DNA of 64,000 nucleotides, from assembly GCA_004764695.1 (NCBI GenBank), contig SMSO01000032.1, positions 1,302,001 through 1,366,000 on the forward strand. Direction: 5' to 3'. A program made the position numbers and the translations under genes. This document shows, in pieces, positions 1-12,391 of the stretch; position 1 is the stretch's first letter, and every line of letters begins with the position of its first letter. This stretch comes from Schizochytrium sp. TIO01. Its lineage: Eukaryota > Protista > Bigyra: Labyrinthulomycetes. The notes under the pieces are model-generated. The model was not told the origin of the DNA. It did no database searches and saw only the letters and a list, made by a program, of their open reading frames with translations.

Positions 1-813
1 TTAGGCACCCTCTTACCCCTTGCCAGATGGGAACAAAAGGAGAGAAAGAACAGGCAGCCAAAACCGAGTGACAGCTGGGCCGGGAAACGGGACGAGGTCG
101 GACTCCTCTGCTTGCCTAAGCCCGCTGGTGCTTCTCGAGACAGCTCGCTGCAAGGTCGCCGTGAGGTTACGACTGTGGCTGTGGTGCGCTCGCTGTATGT
201 ACCCTGAAGCTCCTTCGTGTCGCCGCTCCCGCTCCCGTGCTTGGTGTCTAAAATGAAAGAGGCGCAGACACTGAGAGAGTCTTCAAAAGAAAGAGAGAGA
301 GAAAAGAGACAAAGAAAGGGTAACGAAGACAAGAGAAGTAAGTGCCTACTAGGTGGGCACTAAGGCGCTCCTAAGAGAATCAACTAGCACCTCCTCAGGG
401 AAAACGAACGAGTTTCTTCTTTCTTTCTTTCTTTTTTACTTTCTTTCTTTCTTTCTTTTTTTCTTTCTTCGCTCGTTTTCTTTGCGAATCCCCTCTCGAT
501 CTTCGCCGCCTACGCACCGGCTTTGACCAGAGCTGGAGACGTCGAGACTGCGGAGCAGCCCTGATTCCTTCGCACTGCTGCTGCCCCTGGCACCTTGAGT
601 TCCTGGCTCCACCTTAGTTCTCTTTGTTTGGTGCAGAGTTTGGTTGGTTTGTTTTCTTTTCTTTTCTGCTCAGTATTTGGTTCTCTCGGGAGAGGTTCTT
701 TCCGGAGAAACAATTTCAAATAAATCTCCACAGAAACCCCGAACGCCTCTTTGTCCCTCTGAAGTTAGTTTCCCCGAGATCTCCTGATCAGATTTCAAAA
801 GTTTGCACCTGAG

Positions 814-840
814 CAAATCAAATCAAATCAAATCAAATCA
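814..840. repeat. (CAAAT)n microsatellite
   Basis: About 5 direct copies seen in the sequence. Confidence 0.85.
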
Positions 841-1472
841 GCCTGCAGGCAAGCCAAAGTCAAAGCCGGGGCCCAAGACGCCTGCGGCTGACCTTGAGGC
901 ACGAAGTAGCAGCCGAGACTGGTGGCGTGACGACGGGTACCTCAGCGCCTGCTTGCGTGGCGCCGGTGTCCTCCTGGTCTGGCCTGGCCTCCTCCAGAAA
1001 CCTGCGAGCACAATCAGTTCGAAGTTTGTCAGTCTATCTTGTCTATCAGTTTCTTTGTTATCCTGGTTTTTCTCCCTTCCTTTTCTCTTAGTTTTCCTCT
1101 CCTTTCCTCTTAGAGTTTTTCTTTCTTTCCTTCTTTCTTTCTTTCTTTCTTATCTCTTTGTCTCCTTTTCTCTTAGAGTTCTTATTCTCTCTTTCTTTCT
1201 TTCTTGTCTGTGTTCCTCCTGCTTTCTCTTGAGTCCAGATTCGTGCAGAACGCGCTTTTTAGACGCCCTGAAGAGACGGAGACCGTCGCTCTGGCGATGA
1301 CCAAGCTGGCCACGAGAGAACGCCCTGAGGCCTGCCTCGAGAGAGCCCAGAGGAACGGAAGCCGGAGGGTCAGCGAGAGGAAGAGAAGGCGAGGCAGAAC
1401 TCCGCTTGCTTTGCTCGCTTCTTCTCCTCTGCCTTTCCTTGAGGGATTGATTTCAACCCCAAAAGAGTTTTA

Positions 1473-1504
1473 TGATTGATTGATTGATTGATTGACTGAT
1501 TGAT
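1473..1504. repeat. (TGAT)n microsatellite
   Basis: About 8 copies, one of them a variant. Confidence 0.85.
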
Positions 1505-4500
1505 AAAACAAAGAGTTCTATGTAATCCAGCTGAGTAGGGAGGTACCTAGGACCTACTACTCGCCAGCTAGCTAGCCTTAGCCTATTTGGGGAGTATTGA
1601 AAGACAGAGAGAAAGAGGGATCGAAAGAAGGAGAAAGAGAGCACTCGATCTGTTTTGATCTTCCTTTGGTTTTTAGTGATTCTTTCTTCTCTTTTCTTCT
1701 CTTTTCTTTGCTTTTCTCACAAAACAGTGAAAAAGGGAAAAAAGGGAAAAAAGAAAAAAAAAGAAAGAAAGAAAAAGAGGGAATCAACAGGAAAAAGAAA
1801 AGAAAACCACCGTCGAGAGATTGCAAATCCTCCCGGTTCTGCGCCCTCCTGGCCCTCCCAAGCCGCCGCGAGCCTGAGCAGACGCGTGGAGGCGGGCCGG
1901 CAAGGGCCTCACTGGCCCTCTTCGAGGCCCTCTCTGAGGCCTGCCTGCTCGCCTCTCCGGCAGGCCACGCAGGCAGGAAGGAGACTATCAGCAAGCGGCG
2001 ACGATACGTACCTACCTATCTAGTGAAAACGCTATCCCCTGATCTCGAGCAGTACCGATCGAGGAAGTCCTATGGATTTGTCTAGTTGAGTGCTAGTGCT
2101 CCTCGTGTCCTCGCCGTCGAAGATGGTGATAATGAGGACCTGCGCCGCTCTATCCGCTCCGGAGACGCGGCAGCAGCGCGAGAGGCGATGGCAGCGCAGG
2201 AGAGGACCCGCGGAGGCACCCCGCGTGGATCGGCGAGGGTCGGAGGCCCGGGGTCGCAAGGCTCGCCGGCTCGCCGGGCGCTTGAGAGCGCTTTGGGGTG
2301 CGTGAATGGCTGAGTTTGAAATTTGAAATTTGAAAATCCAACCTCGAACCCAGCAGATCGCGGGCTCCCTTTCGCGCCGCGACGAGAACCGAGGCGCGGG
2401 TGGCGGCACGGGGCGAGTGGCGGACGGAGGGGTTTGAGGAGGTCGAGCGGCGATTCGACGCGGCACAGGGACTCGCACGCTCCCTGCGCGGAGGGAGGAC
2501 TATCTTGCTCAAATAAACAGGAAAGAAGAAGAAGAAGAAGAAGATGGTGATGATGCTGTTTGAAGGACTTAGTTCCCTCTCTCTTTGGGCGGGGACTGCC
2601 AGTGGAGGTAGAGAGGAGGCTGTTCTTTGCCCACTGTGACATCCACGAGGAAAGATCGCAAGATTTTCATTGTGGGAGAGGAGGGGATTTCAAAATTAAT
2701 TTGCGCCAGTGGGGTACTGTCTATGAAATTTGAATTTTGAAATTAAACTTAGAATTTTACGGATCCGAAGAGAGGGAAGATTGCTCAATATTCTCCAGGG
2801 GTTCCCTCTCTCTGTAGAGCAAGACCTTTTTTTTTGAAATCAGGAGGCACAGTGAGGGGTCTATATTCCTATAAACCCCCTCTGTGGCCACTGAGATTGT
2901 TGTTTAGTCTATAAAATAACACTGTGGGAGAAGTAGCGAGGCAGTTCCCTCACACCCCCACTGAGATGCGCCGTTCTGGTGCCGACGCATGTGTTCCAAA
3001 CCTGTTCGTTCATTCGTTCACCTTCTCTGTACAGCGATGCCGCCGCGCGCAGCTTGGCGCTCTTGCTTGCGCTGCTTTTTCTCCAGGCGAGCGATCTCTG
3101 CGGCATCAGGAGCCTCTTCGCCTTGCTTTGGTGAAAACACGTAGCCTGCAACCATCTTGCCCACCTTGTACAAAGCGAAGGCAGGAATCTATCACATTTG
3201 AACACAAGCACATTTTATACCGTCAGTTGAAATTGTCGAGGTTCATTTGAAGCCAAGTATTGCGCTTTGTGAAGTTGCATATCGCTGCATTACTTACCAC
3301 GTAATAAAGCTTCCAGGCGTGGGCAGTGTACAGTGAAAGTACCTGCACTGCCCAATTAAGGGCAAGAACGTCAAACGTGTACCTGTGTGAAAAGCAAATT
3401 AAGTCCTCATTTCGTGTGAGTTTTACAGAACTCTCTGGGCGTCGTTTCATTTTAACTCGAAGGTTTTGTGACGCATTGTCGCGGTCTTCTCCATGCAAAA
3501 CTTACTCGCTGCTGTGACCCTGCTTCTCGCAAGATACTACGCGGTAGCAGAGACCTGCAGATGCAACGGTTTGCAAAATAAAGTAATACAAAAAGCTCTC
3601 CTCGGGCTCCGCAAAGATCCCATACTGGAAAGCAAGCGTCAGGACGGTCATAACGCCAAAAACAATCGCCAGGTAGCGAGTTGCCGCGCGTGCGCGTTGG
3701 GCACGCTTCTTCTCTGATGCGTTTGCCTATTTGCCCATTTGCCCAAGTTATCAGTGTGAATGAATTCACATGCATTTCATAAGAAAAGTTGACCAAAGCA
3801 ATGTAACGATGCATTATAAGTTAACACACCACGTTAGTCTCAATATGCATGCAGCAAGCACTCAGCGGCAGTCGGCAGGCATGTAATGCAGCCACTTTTC
3901 ATCTCAAACCCCGCAAAGATTCGGGCGAATTCCGAATTCGACAATAAGCCAAAGCAAACGGTGCCTCTCATGCCGTTCTCACGCTATAGTTTCTTAAATT
4001 CTAGTAGGCTCTATACTGTTGCATATACTTGCACCGGCCACGCGGGCAGGCTCAATGCTGCCCTAACCAGCCCTGGCCTCACAGGACGGGCTTACCAAGG
4101 AAGGAGCACTGCGCTGACAACGTACCATTGTGGCGTCTCGTAAGGGTCTCGCAAAGGCGAGGCGCTTGGGCTTAAGCCGGTGTTCGCTGCGTTCGAGGTC
4201 TGCCGCGTCCTCGTGCTCAGTACTAGAGCAAGCCACTATTGAATGTCAAAAAGAAGACAAAGGTGCATTGATTTATTTGTTATCAATGGTAGTAGGTACT
4301 ATGCAGGCCTATTGGTAGTAGTGTATTTTTAGTTTTTCTTTCTCTTTTTCTCTTCAACTCTTTTCTTCTTTCTTTTTCATCTAGTACGGGTGAATATTGG
4401 AATAAGAACACGGCGAACAAAATTTGGAGCATATAAGTTTGATCCCATTTCCTCGGTCAACTAAATTAAGCGCCACACTGCCACAAACTTATCATTGTTT

Positions 4501-4884
4501 TACAATACTTGAAGCCTTCGTTGATTTCGCGACCTTAACCCGTCAAAATTCCCAGGTTTAGAAAGGATTAAATTTGTTTGTGGCTTTCTTGAAAGTACAA
4601 GATCTTCGATGTGATCTTTTTATTCCTCATCTTTAGTACAAGCACGCTACCTATCATTTCATTATTCACTTCATTAATGGTAGAAGAATGAAGAGCAGGG
4701 ATGACCATGGAGCTCAGCTCAAGACGACTCAGATCTACATTTGCGTCTTTGCGTCGCGTCGCCAGTGCTGTGAAGAGGCGTGGGTAGCGCCTAATAGGTC
4801 TTCCCGCTCTAGCAACCTGGTGTACTCGCGGATCTGATATAGATTATAACGTGTGAGACTCGCAGCCCGTGGTCATCACCCATC

Positions 4885-6438
4885 ATGGAGCTTGGCGGTG
4901 TCCAAGGCACCTCGTGAGTGGCGAAGAGATTCATCCTAGCTTAGGAATTAAGCAAAGGAGATAGAGTTTCTGCTAAAGCAATGCAACACTGATGAATTCT
5001 TGGCACGGAGGAGGATGTGTAAAAGAGCTGACTGACTGACTGACTGACTTTCTTTTCATATGAGGTGATGAATTGCTTGCTACGCAAATATTGGTTGACA
5101 TGGGGAAATGGACTTGCTGTTACTCTGGGGTTGGCTCCACTGCCTTTAAAAACAATATTATCCCTGTTAGAGACGATGCTGCTGTGAGCAAGTTGTCAGC
5201 TTGCTTGTTAGGGTACTATGACGATGATTTCATGCGCATTTTTGTCGGTAAAGAAACTCGTCGCTCACCTCTGATCAACCGTGGATACTTTGCACGAGTT
5301 GCTGCAATGGATATGATCATTGAGCGTTTCATGGAGGCAACCAAGGGAGGCAAACGCCAAATTGTTGTTCTTGGTGCCGGAAGTGATACTACTTACTTTC
5401 GTCTTCGGAAGCGTGATCTTCTGCCTGATCTTTATGTTGAAATGGATCTCGAGGGTGTTGTTGCCAAAAAGCTCGAAGTGATCCGTCAATATAAGCATGT
5501 TCAAGAAGCATTGAATGTTAGTCTTCAGGATGTAGAATCGGCTTTGGCTGCGCCCTCATCGGCTCGCCTCCTCAAGTCCTCAAATTATGTCCTTTCCTGC
5601 GCTGATATTCGTCAGCCTGAGCTTTTTGAATCCCTTCTCAACACACTGGACGGGTTTGACTATAAGTAAGTTTCCCAGTGTCGCTGAAGCAGACGATCCC
5701 ACCATCACCCCTATATATTCACAGAATGAACAACAGGATGCTAATTAGGGACGGTGGGTGTTGTAATAACTGAAAACTGACAAATTGACATTATGCCTTA
5801 TTATGTGATGGAAAATAATGAATATGGCTCGTATTATTTGGACACTTAGCGCCCCTACGCTTTTCATCTCGGAGTGCGTTTTGTGCTACGTTGAGCCCAA
5901 GGATTCTGAACGTTTCTTGAAATGGGTTCTCGGCAAATTTCCTCAGGCAGCTTTCACTTCATATGAGCAGATTCTACCGGATGACGCTTTTGGTCGCACG
6001 ATGCTGAACCACTTTGAGAGCCGCGGCTGCCCGCTTCTGTCCATCCGGACATTTCCAGATATCCAGTCTGAGACTCGCCGTTTCGAGACTATGGGGTGGC
6101 CTCAAGTGGAGGTCTACGATATGAATGACGTATACTACAAGTGCCTACCTCGAGATCAGGTGCGCCGTGCTGAACGCATTGAAATTTTTGATGAATTTGA
6201 AGAATGGCACATGATGCAGGCGCACTATTGTGTCATTTTGACTGTGCAGTCTCCCGATGGTCAACTCGATGGACTCCGTCTGCTTAGAAAAGATGCGCAA
6301 ACAAAGGCGTCTGGTGCAACAACTAAACCCTCAGAAATGACCTCTGCTGATCTTGTGGCACCACTTGGTGGCGGGGCCAAACCAAAGATCCCCTTTCCTA
6401 TGCCAGAAATGGCCCCACTTTCTCCGAAAAACAACTAA
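4885..6438 (+). CDS. LCMT1: Leucine carboxyl methyltransferase 1 (PP2A C-terminal methyltransferase); exons 4885-4913, 5171-5665, 5850-6438
   Basis: The spliced translation MELGGVQGTS|DDAAVSKLSACLLGYY...RSPLINRGYFARV...QIVVLGAGSDTTYFRL...DYN|APTLFISECVLCY...YEQILPDDAFGRTM...IEIFDEFEEWHMMQAHYC matches LCMT1/Ppm1 motifs. Introns 4914-5170 (GTGAGT..TAG) and 5666-5849 (GTAAGT..TAG) keep the frame. Confidence 0.93.
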
Positions 6439-6759
6439 ACAGCTCCATCACCAAAAACATTTTTGTTATAATTTTTCCTTCAGATTTGCTGTCTTGTAAA
6501 TTGAAGTCATTTCAATGCTAAAACCCAATCTTCTTCGCTGCAAATATTATCTTATTTTTTTAACGAAGATACACGCAAGCAAGCGCAAATGGTTCCAGCA
6601 CGTGCTGACATGCTTCTTAATAGGAATTTGATTAGCTCAAAATAAAAGAATGAGAGATTGTATGATTGCTTAGGCATTCGGTCAGGAAAGGGACAACTAT
6701 GCAAAGGGGATTGAAGACAACTTCATATTAAAATCGTGTGCTTAAATAACACGAGCGAG

Positions 6760-8394
6760 TTATGATGAGGCCTGTGCCTGCGGCGTTGCTTGCTGTTGCT
6801 GTGCAATTTGTTGTTGCTGTTGCTGTTGCTGTTGCTGTGCTTGAGGGTTGCCAATTGCAAACATTGCTTGACTTGCCATAAAGCCAGCACTTAGAGTGCT
6901 TGCAACCGAAGCGTTCGTGAAAAGCCTAGGCTCCCACGATTGAATGTCAAAGTAAACATACTGTGGAACATCAGGCGGGAGCTGATGCGCAGGTGGTTTT
7001 GCCATTTCTTTGGACTCAATAAACCAAACCTTATGCTCCGTATGATAGTGCCACTTGCGCTTATACAGCTCTTGAGCAGCCTGTACCTGCGCTTTATCCC
7101 TCGGCATTCCATAAAAGATATAAAACAACGTCTCCAGCTGGTACTTGGAAAAGTGTTTCGGTGCTTGGCGCTGCCCACCGGATCCGGAACCACCCGTGGC
7201 TCCTGCGCTGTTATAACAGGCTGGCAGCTGGTATGGTGGGTCACGCGTCGACTGCCGATCTGACCATGGCGACGAAAAGCTAGTGTGCAGTGATTCTGAC
7301 GAATTCAAGTTAAGTCCAAGTGTAGTCAAGTCCGTACCAAGTGCTAGAGTGCCCCGATCAGCATCTTCCATGCGAATCACGCTGAGCAAACCCAAAAGAC
7401 CATAATGCTGTTCTGGCGGAAGTCGTTTTTTGGCACCCCCTGGAGCTTTCTTCATGGGTTGCTGTTGCACAGAAACCTTGCTTGGGTCCGCCACGCCGCC
7501 GAGACTACTTAATCCACTTGAAGAATTTGATCCACCTGGTGCAGAGTATCCATTCGCATCAAAGTTTCCAAGAACACCAGGTGGTGGAGCACCGTTAGGC
7601 CGTTTTCCAGCACCCGGTGCTGCCGAAGATGGAGGCTGTGATGCTGCAGAGGTTTGCTGCGACTGTTGTGACTGCTGTGACGAACTTGTTACTGCTTGTG
7701 GTGTTCCCTGCTGAGATGAATGTTGATGTTGTTGTTGCTGCTGCTGCTGCTGCTGTTGTTGATGTTGCGGTGCTGCTTGAAACCCAGCGGGGACACTCCT
7801 TGCAGAAGCTTGTTGTGGTTGTTGTGAAGCCTGAGTAGATGACGCGGATGCCGTACCCTGATAGTATTGACCTTGCACCTGGGAAGGTCGACCATTTGGT
7901 GCATCCCCAGGTCTGGGACCCATGTTTGGGCTCGAGGAGTTTGCGTCAGAGGTCGCTCCTCCTAATGCAGGAAAGTCTTCGTTTTGCATGGCAAAATCTG
8001 ACTGATGTTGAGAACGATCTTGCTGTGCAATGTGCATTGCATATGATCCGCCTGGGAGGTCGCCAACTTGTGAAGTTCCAGGGCCTGAACGATTCTGTGC
8101 CAACGCAGGGAAGTCAGACATGTCAAAGGGAGCACTTCCGTTGCTCCCTGAAGAATAAGGACCCGGGGTTGATCTCGTTTGCATCAATCCAGGGTTTGAT
8201 CCGCCTGCACTGCCAAGGTTAGGCGAGTCATGTGATATTGACCGGCTCAAGCCGTACCCGCCCATACCATCCTGAGAGTGCATAGACACCATCCCGCCGG
8301 ACTGTTGTTGTTGCTGCTGCTGCCCTGGTGCTCCTCCGTTTCCAGAACCAGAAGAACCTGCACTTGAATACCGGCCAGCCATACCTTGGTGCAT
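6760..8394 (-). CDS. CNOT2: CCR4-NOT complex subunit NOT2
   Basis: 544-aa ORF with a Q/S/G-rich N-terminus and two DFPAL motifs. The C-terminal NOT2 region and NOT box read YGLLGLLSVIRM...LALGTDLTTLGLNLNS...FSSPW...LPACY...ETLFYIFYGMPRD..Q..AAQELY.R.W.YH. Confidence 0.93.
   Translation of the reverse strand: MHQGMAGRYSSAGSSGSGNGGAPGQQQQQQQSGGMVSMHSQDGMGGYGLSRSISHDSPNLGSAGGSNPGLMQTRSTPGPYSSGSNGSAPFDMSDFPALAQNRSGPGTSQVGDLPGGSYAMHIAQQDRSQHQSDFAMQNEDFPALGGATSDANSSSPNMGPRPGDAPNGRPSQVQGQYYQGTASASSTQASQQPQQASARSVPAGFQAAPQHQQQQQQQQQQQHQHSSQQGTPQAVTSSSQQSQQSQQTSAASQPPSSAAPGAGKRPNGAPPPGVLGNFDANGYSAPGGSNSSSGLSSLGGVADPSKVSVQQQPMKKAPGGAKKRLPPEQHYGLLGLLSVIRMEDADRGTLALGTDLTTLGLNLNSSESLHTSFSSPWSDRQSTRDPPYQLPACYNSAGATGGSGSGGQRQAPKHFSKYQLETLFYIFYGMPRDKAQVQAAQELYKRKWHYHTEHKVWFIESKEMAKPPAHQLPPDVPQYVYFDIQSWEPRLFTNASVASTLSAGFMASQAMFAIGNPQAQQQQQQQQQQIAQQQQATPQAQASS
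7722..7763 (-). repeat. CAG/CAA repeat encoding polyglutamine in CNOT2 (further tracts at about 6790-6838 and 8303-8321)
   Basis: (TGC)n/(TGT)n on the + strand, translating to Q runs. Confidence 0.85.
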
Positions 8395-9179
8395 TTTCAG
8401 ATAAACCTTACTACCTTTGGCCCCAAGGTGTCAAGAACGTTAATCAACTGCTCTTTTAGAAGCGTACGAACCCTCTTCGCACGTGCCCCCAAAAGTTTAT
8501 GCCTCTTTGAGAATATACTAAGAAATAGTCCACACCTACACGGCGCAAGAATCTCTACGAACTCTACTCAAGATCACGTGCAAATAAGCTTGACAACTAA
8601 TTTCTCACCAGACTCCACGCTCGTCCAAGCCCACGTGTAGCTATAGCTTTCTGGCAGGGTCAATCTTGTGGCCCCAATTAATGTCTGTTCAACACACTCA
8701 GAGCCAGAAGAACAGGTCTATCGTGATTTAGCTTAAGCGCCTTCAGACTATCTTGCTGCCGGGATCCACAGCCAGCACGTAGATGAAGAACAACTTGCAG
8801 AAGGAATGGAGAAGAAGGAGCAGAAGTCGCAAAAGAAGCTAAAGAAGAACAACGCCACGCCAAGGGAAAGACCGCCCAAAGCCAGCTTTCACAGCCACCA
8901 GGCGCGCCTTTAGGCAGCCGGTCCAAACCAAGCGCGCAAAGCCGCCTGTTATCCGCTGCTCAAGTTCGCCCCGCCGCCAGACAGCGAGCTTCGCAGCGCA
9001 CGGAGAGCGGCTGCAACTCTGTCTCTGTCTGTCTCAGCGTCTGTCTGTCTATCTATTCACTACTCTTACTTCTCTACTATTGACTATCAATCAATCAATA
9101 GGCGAATAAGCGAATAAACTAGCAACTAATGAGCTTAAGCAAGGGCTACGCTAGTACCTACTAACAGGTTGAGTGTTTT

Positions 9180-9203
9180 GTTCTGTTCTGTTCTGTTCTG
9201 TTC
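9180..9203. repeat. (GTTCT)n microsatellite
   Basis: About 5 copies. Confidence 0.8.
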
Positions 9204-10365
9204 CACTTTCGCCTATTCAAGATAACAATAAGTTGTTTCATTCCAGAGATAAATTCTGCTTTTAGAACGCTAAAACAAAGCTCATCGTGACTCATGTTTA
9301 ATAATGTTTCATGTTTAATGCTTAGAGTTTAGCTCTACTCTTAGCGGGAGTGCTACCCCTCCTACGGCAAACTGGGGCCAGTTGGAAGAGAGTGCTATAA
9401 ATCTACTATCTATTTTAGAAAGCCCCTTCTCCCTCATATTAGACCCACTAGTAGGTAGTTTTTTATTGTCTCTTTTCTTAGAGATAAAGGGATAGAAGCA
9501 TAGGACTGTGCTATTTGGACGCTAGGGAGTCCTACACCCTCTACTTTACCAAACGGTGTAAGCAATTAAGGTGATAGGTAGTTTGGAACAGGCTGAGTAG
9601 GACCCCATTAGATCTTATTAGGTCATAGGTGGTCATGGATATAGGAAAAGAGAGTTGTCAGAAAGGGCTGATTAGATAGTTGTTGGTCTTCTAATCTTGA
9701 ATGAAAGTTGCAGAAAGGGTCGAATAGAAGGAGCTCGGGAAGAAGAGATGAGCGAGAACAAATTAGGATTCAATCTAAACATTCGCTGATGGATTTCATT
9801 TTGGCATACGATCTTTAGGCATCTTTTATCCGCGTTTGTGTCTTCCTTCGTTTTTTTCCCTTCCACTGTATGCCAGGTGTCAAAAGTAGTCTATTCAAGA
9901 AGGGCTATAACCGACTTGCAAAGGCTTCCAGTATATGAAGTATTTGAATTAAGTTGCACTTGTAGAAACTTCAATAAGCAATCTTTTTTCACTGTCGGTG
10001 ATACTTTAACACAAACTATTTCTCCGACTCTAGAGAAAAACTAAACATACACTACTAGGTATATGTTGACATTCACGCAGAGACCCGAAAAAGTCTTCCT
10101 CACAACTGTAGTGAATTGAAATATAGGGAGCTCCACTAAGACCCGGGTAAACTCAGGGGGAGCTACTAACGGACAAACACCAAATATAAGCGACCCATGA
10201 CTTAAAGGCCTAACGGTCCAAAGCAAGGAGCAAACCAAATGTGCATGGGATGCGGCGAAGACAAAGCGAAAACGCTCACGTGGACCGGCCTGGAGTGGTT
10301 CACTTCAACTAGAATCCGGTTTTTTGCAGGTTGCTGTGAGAGGCTTGAAATTGTGATTTCTTAAT

Positions 10366-11860
10366 ATGTTGGTCAAGGATGAAGATGACTGCCTCTGGCA
10401 GGACCGAGAGCTCCACTTTGACGCCCCAGATATGTAAGTCAGAGACACCTCGAATCAACCGGAGAAGTATGCTATCATGGATTGCTTTAGAATGGTTTCC
10501 AGAGCGCTTGTGAATTTTCAGTCTAACCTGTGTCAATTTGGTCTATCTGTATTTCCACAGAATTTTCAAGCCGAGGAAAGGAGAGACAGTAATTGATTCT
10601 ATCAACTCTGTTGAGGATACGAAAGGTAACAATGGCATGCGTGGTAGCTTGTACATTACAAATTTACGAATCGAATGGATTGCTCACAAAGGTTATCGCA
10701 CAAATTTAAGTACGTTGATATTGTCAACTATCTAGGTCGGTGAGCACGTTTACAGTCCCGATTTCGTATATTTCAAACTAATATTAGGTTCTCTCACTCA
10801 CTAACGTCTTACTCTCGTTTCGAAAATTGTCCTCACGTAATATTTTCAGGCATTGGGTTTAAGAATATTCTAAAGCTTCGTATCAAGAAAGCTCAATCTA
10901 AACTAAGAGGTGTGACACGTGCGCTCTTTGTAACATGCAAGCATGAGACGACCCGCTATGAGTTTATTTTCACTTCTCTCGTAAACACAAGCCCGCGTCT
11001 TTTTACCACAGTTCTTGCAGTTTTCAAGTAAGTTTATTCTATTTTCAAGAAACTTCTCATTAATGTCCAGGTTTCTGACAATGCAATTGATAAACTGTCT
11101 TCATCACAACAACTATTCAGAGCATACGAGTCTACAACTCTTTACCGTGAGCTCCGTTTACGTGGTGCTATTGTGAAAGATAAATCTCTTCGTCTTCTCC
11201 CTGGAGAGGAAGTCTATCAAACGCTTCCTGGTGTTTGGAATCTCTCGTCTGAGCAGGGAAGTCTTGGTACTTTTGTCGTGACCAATATTCGGATAGTTTG
11301 GTTTGCTGACCTTGCCAATAATTTTAACGTGAGCATTCCATACATACAAATTGTCAATGTTGCAATTAACAATTCACGCTTTGGAGATGCACTTGTTGTA
11401 GAAACAGCTCGCACAGGCGGAAAATATACCTTAGGGTTTTCGGATTGATCCAAAAGATAGGTTGACCCGCACGCTTGAAACGATCACAAACTTACATGCT
11501 ATTTTCTTCAAGTCTCCGGATTTTGGCGTCCGTGTATCTGTGGAAAGTGCACCAAAGCAAAGTCCATTTAATGCCATTGAAAAGGCAGCTGAGGAGGACC
11601 TCAGTATTGAAGAGAATGTGGATGATTTTATTCCGGCGTCCTTCTCTGCAGCCCCTCGTGGTCCTGAGGCGTACCTGGCTGGGGAGCCTGATGAGTCAAA
11701 TGACGAGTCAAAGGACCCAGAGTCCTCAAGCGATAGCGCTTCCTCAATCCCTGTGTACAATGCTCACCTTGGGCTTGCTGTACAACCACTTCTTTCGGGG
11801 GCAAGTGTGCAGTCCTTATGGAGCCTTGTTAGTGGTCCATCAACATCGAAAAAGGCCTAG
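10366..11860 (+). CDS. BBS5: Bardet-Biedl syndrome 5 protein (BBSome subunit); exons 10366-10433, 10561-10709, 10850-11027, 11121-11860, with one extra base at 11434-11440
   Basis: The spliced translation LWQDRELHFD...SVEDTKGNNG.RG.L.ITNLR...SKLRG...RYEFIFT...PRLFTTV...AYE...GVWNLSSEQGSLGTFVVTNIRIVW...FNVSIPYIQI...LGF(R)IDP...LGLAV...LW matches BBS5 throughout. Donors are GTAAGT/GTACGT/GTAAGT and acceptors are CAG. Confidence 0.93.
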
Positions 11861-12391
11861 ATCATGAAGTCTTCAAAACGCAAAGCACGTTAGATGCACC
11901 CGAACCTCCTACTGTAAAACTAAATTTTCTCTCTGATACATTTCATAATTTGTTCTCGTTCCCAATTTCAACCCTTTTATGTATGCGTTTGTGCCTGCCT
12001 TCATTGCATGCTAGGTTTTTTTTAGAGTGGCCCCGACGGATATTCCCAGGCAACCAGTGAAGTGGTTGAGGAACTACAAATACCATCATACCCGATATCT
12101 TAAGATATCATGTGCAAGTCCAAAATTACTGTCAACGGTGAGCATAAGCCTGGCATTCCATGTTTAAAGATATCTCTCTTGCTTTTTAATTATATATATA
12201 ATTGTTAATTTTAAACAAGGCCTAGCCAATCAAGGCAAAAACAACCATCTTTCTCAATTCAAGCAGTTCATTAAATCCCTCCGCCGCTGATCCTAAATTG
12301 CTTGGAGAAATCCCTTCACGGGTCTCGGCTCTGGGTTCCTTAGCGTTGGTGCATCTTACTGTTCTCAAGTGAACACTTCATATCGGCCGGC

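Noticed and set aside
510-2642. Numerous 60-190 aa ORFs rich in F/S/L or K/R/E
   Set aside because: They are translations of CT/GA low-complexity tracts and GC-rich DNA, with no protein motifs.
5073-5170. ORF-track N-termini of the LCMT1 pieces (5073, 5818) and BBS5 pieces (10538, 11173, 11462)
   Set aside because: These are intron read-through or internal starts. The spliced models restore the conserved motifs.
9300-10260. Possible ncRNA or LTR in the CNOT2-BBS5 divergent intergenic region
   Set aside because: I could not identify a tRNA/snRNA/5S signature, a second copy or terminal motifs.
12094-12109. Perfect 16-bp palindrome GATATCTTAAGATATC upstream of DHX16
   Set aside because: About one such palindrome is expected by chance in 64 kb, and there is no supporting context.
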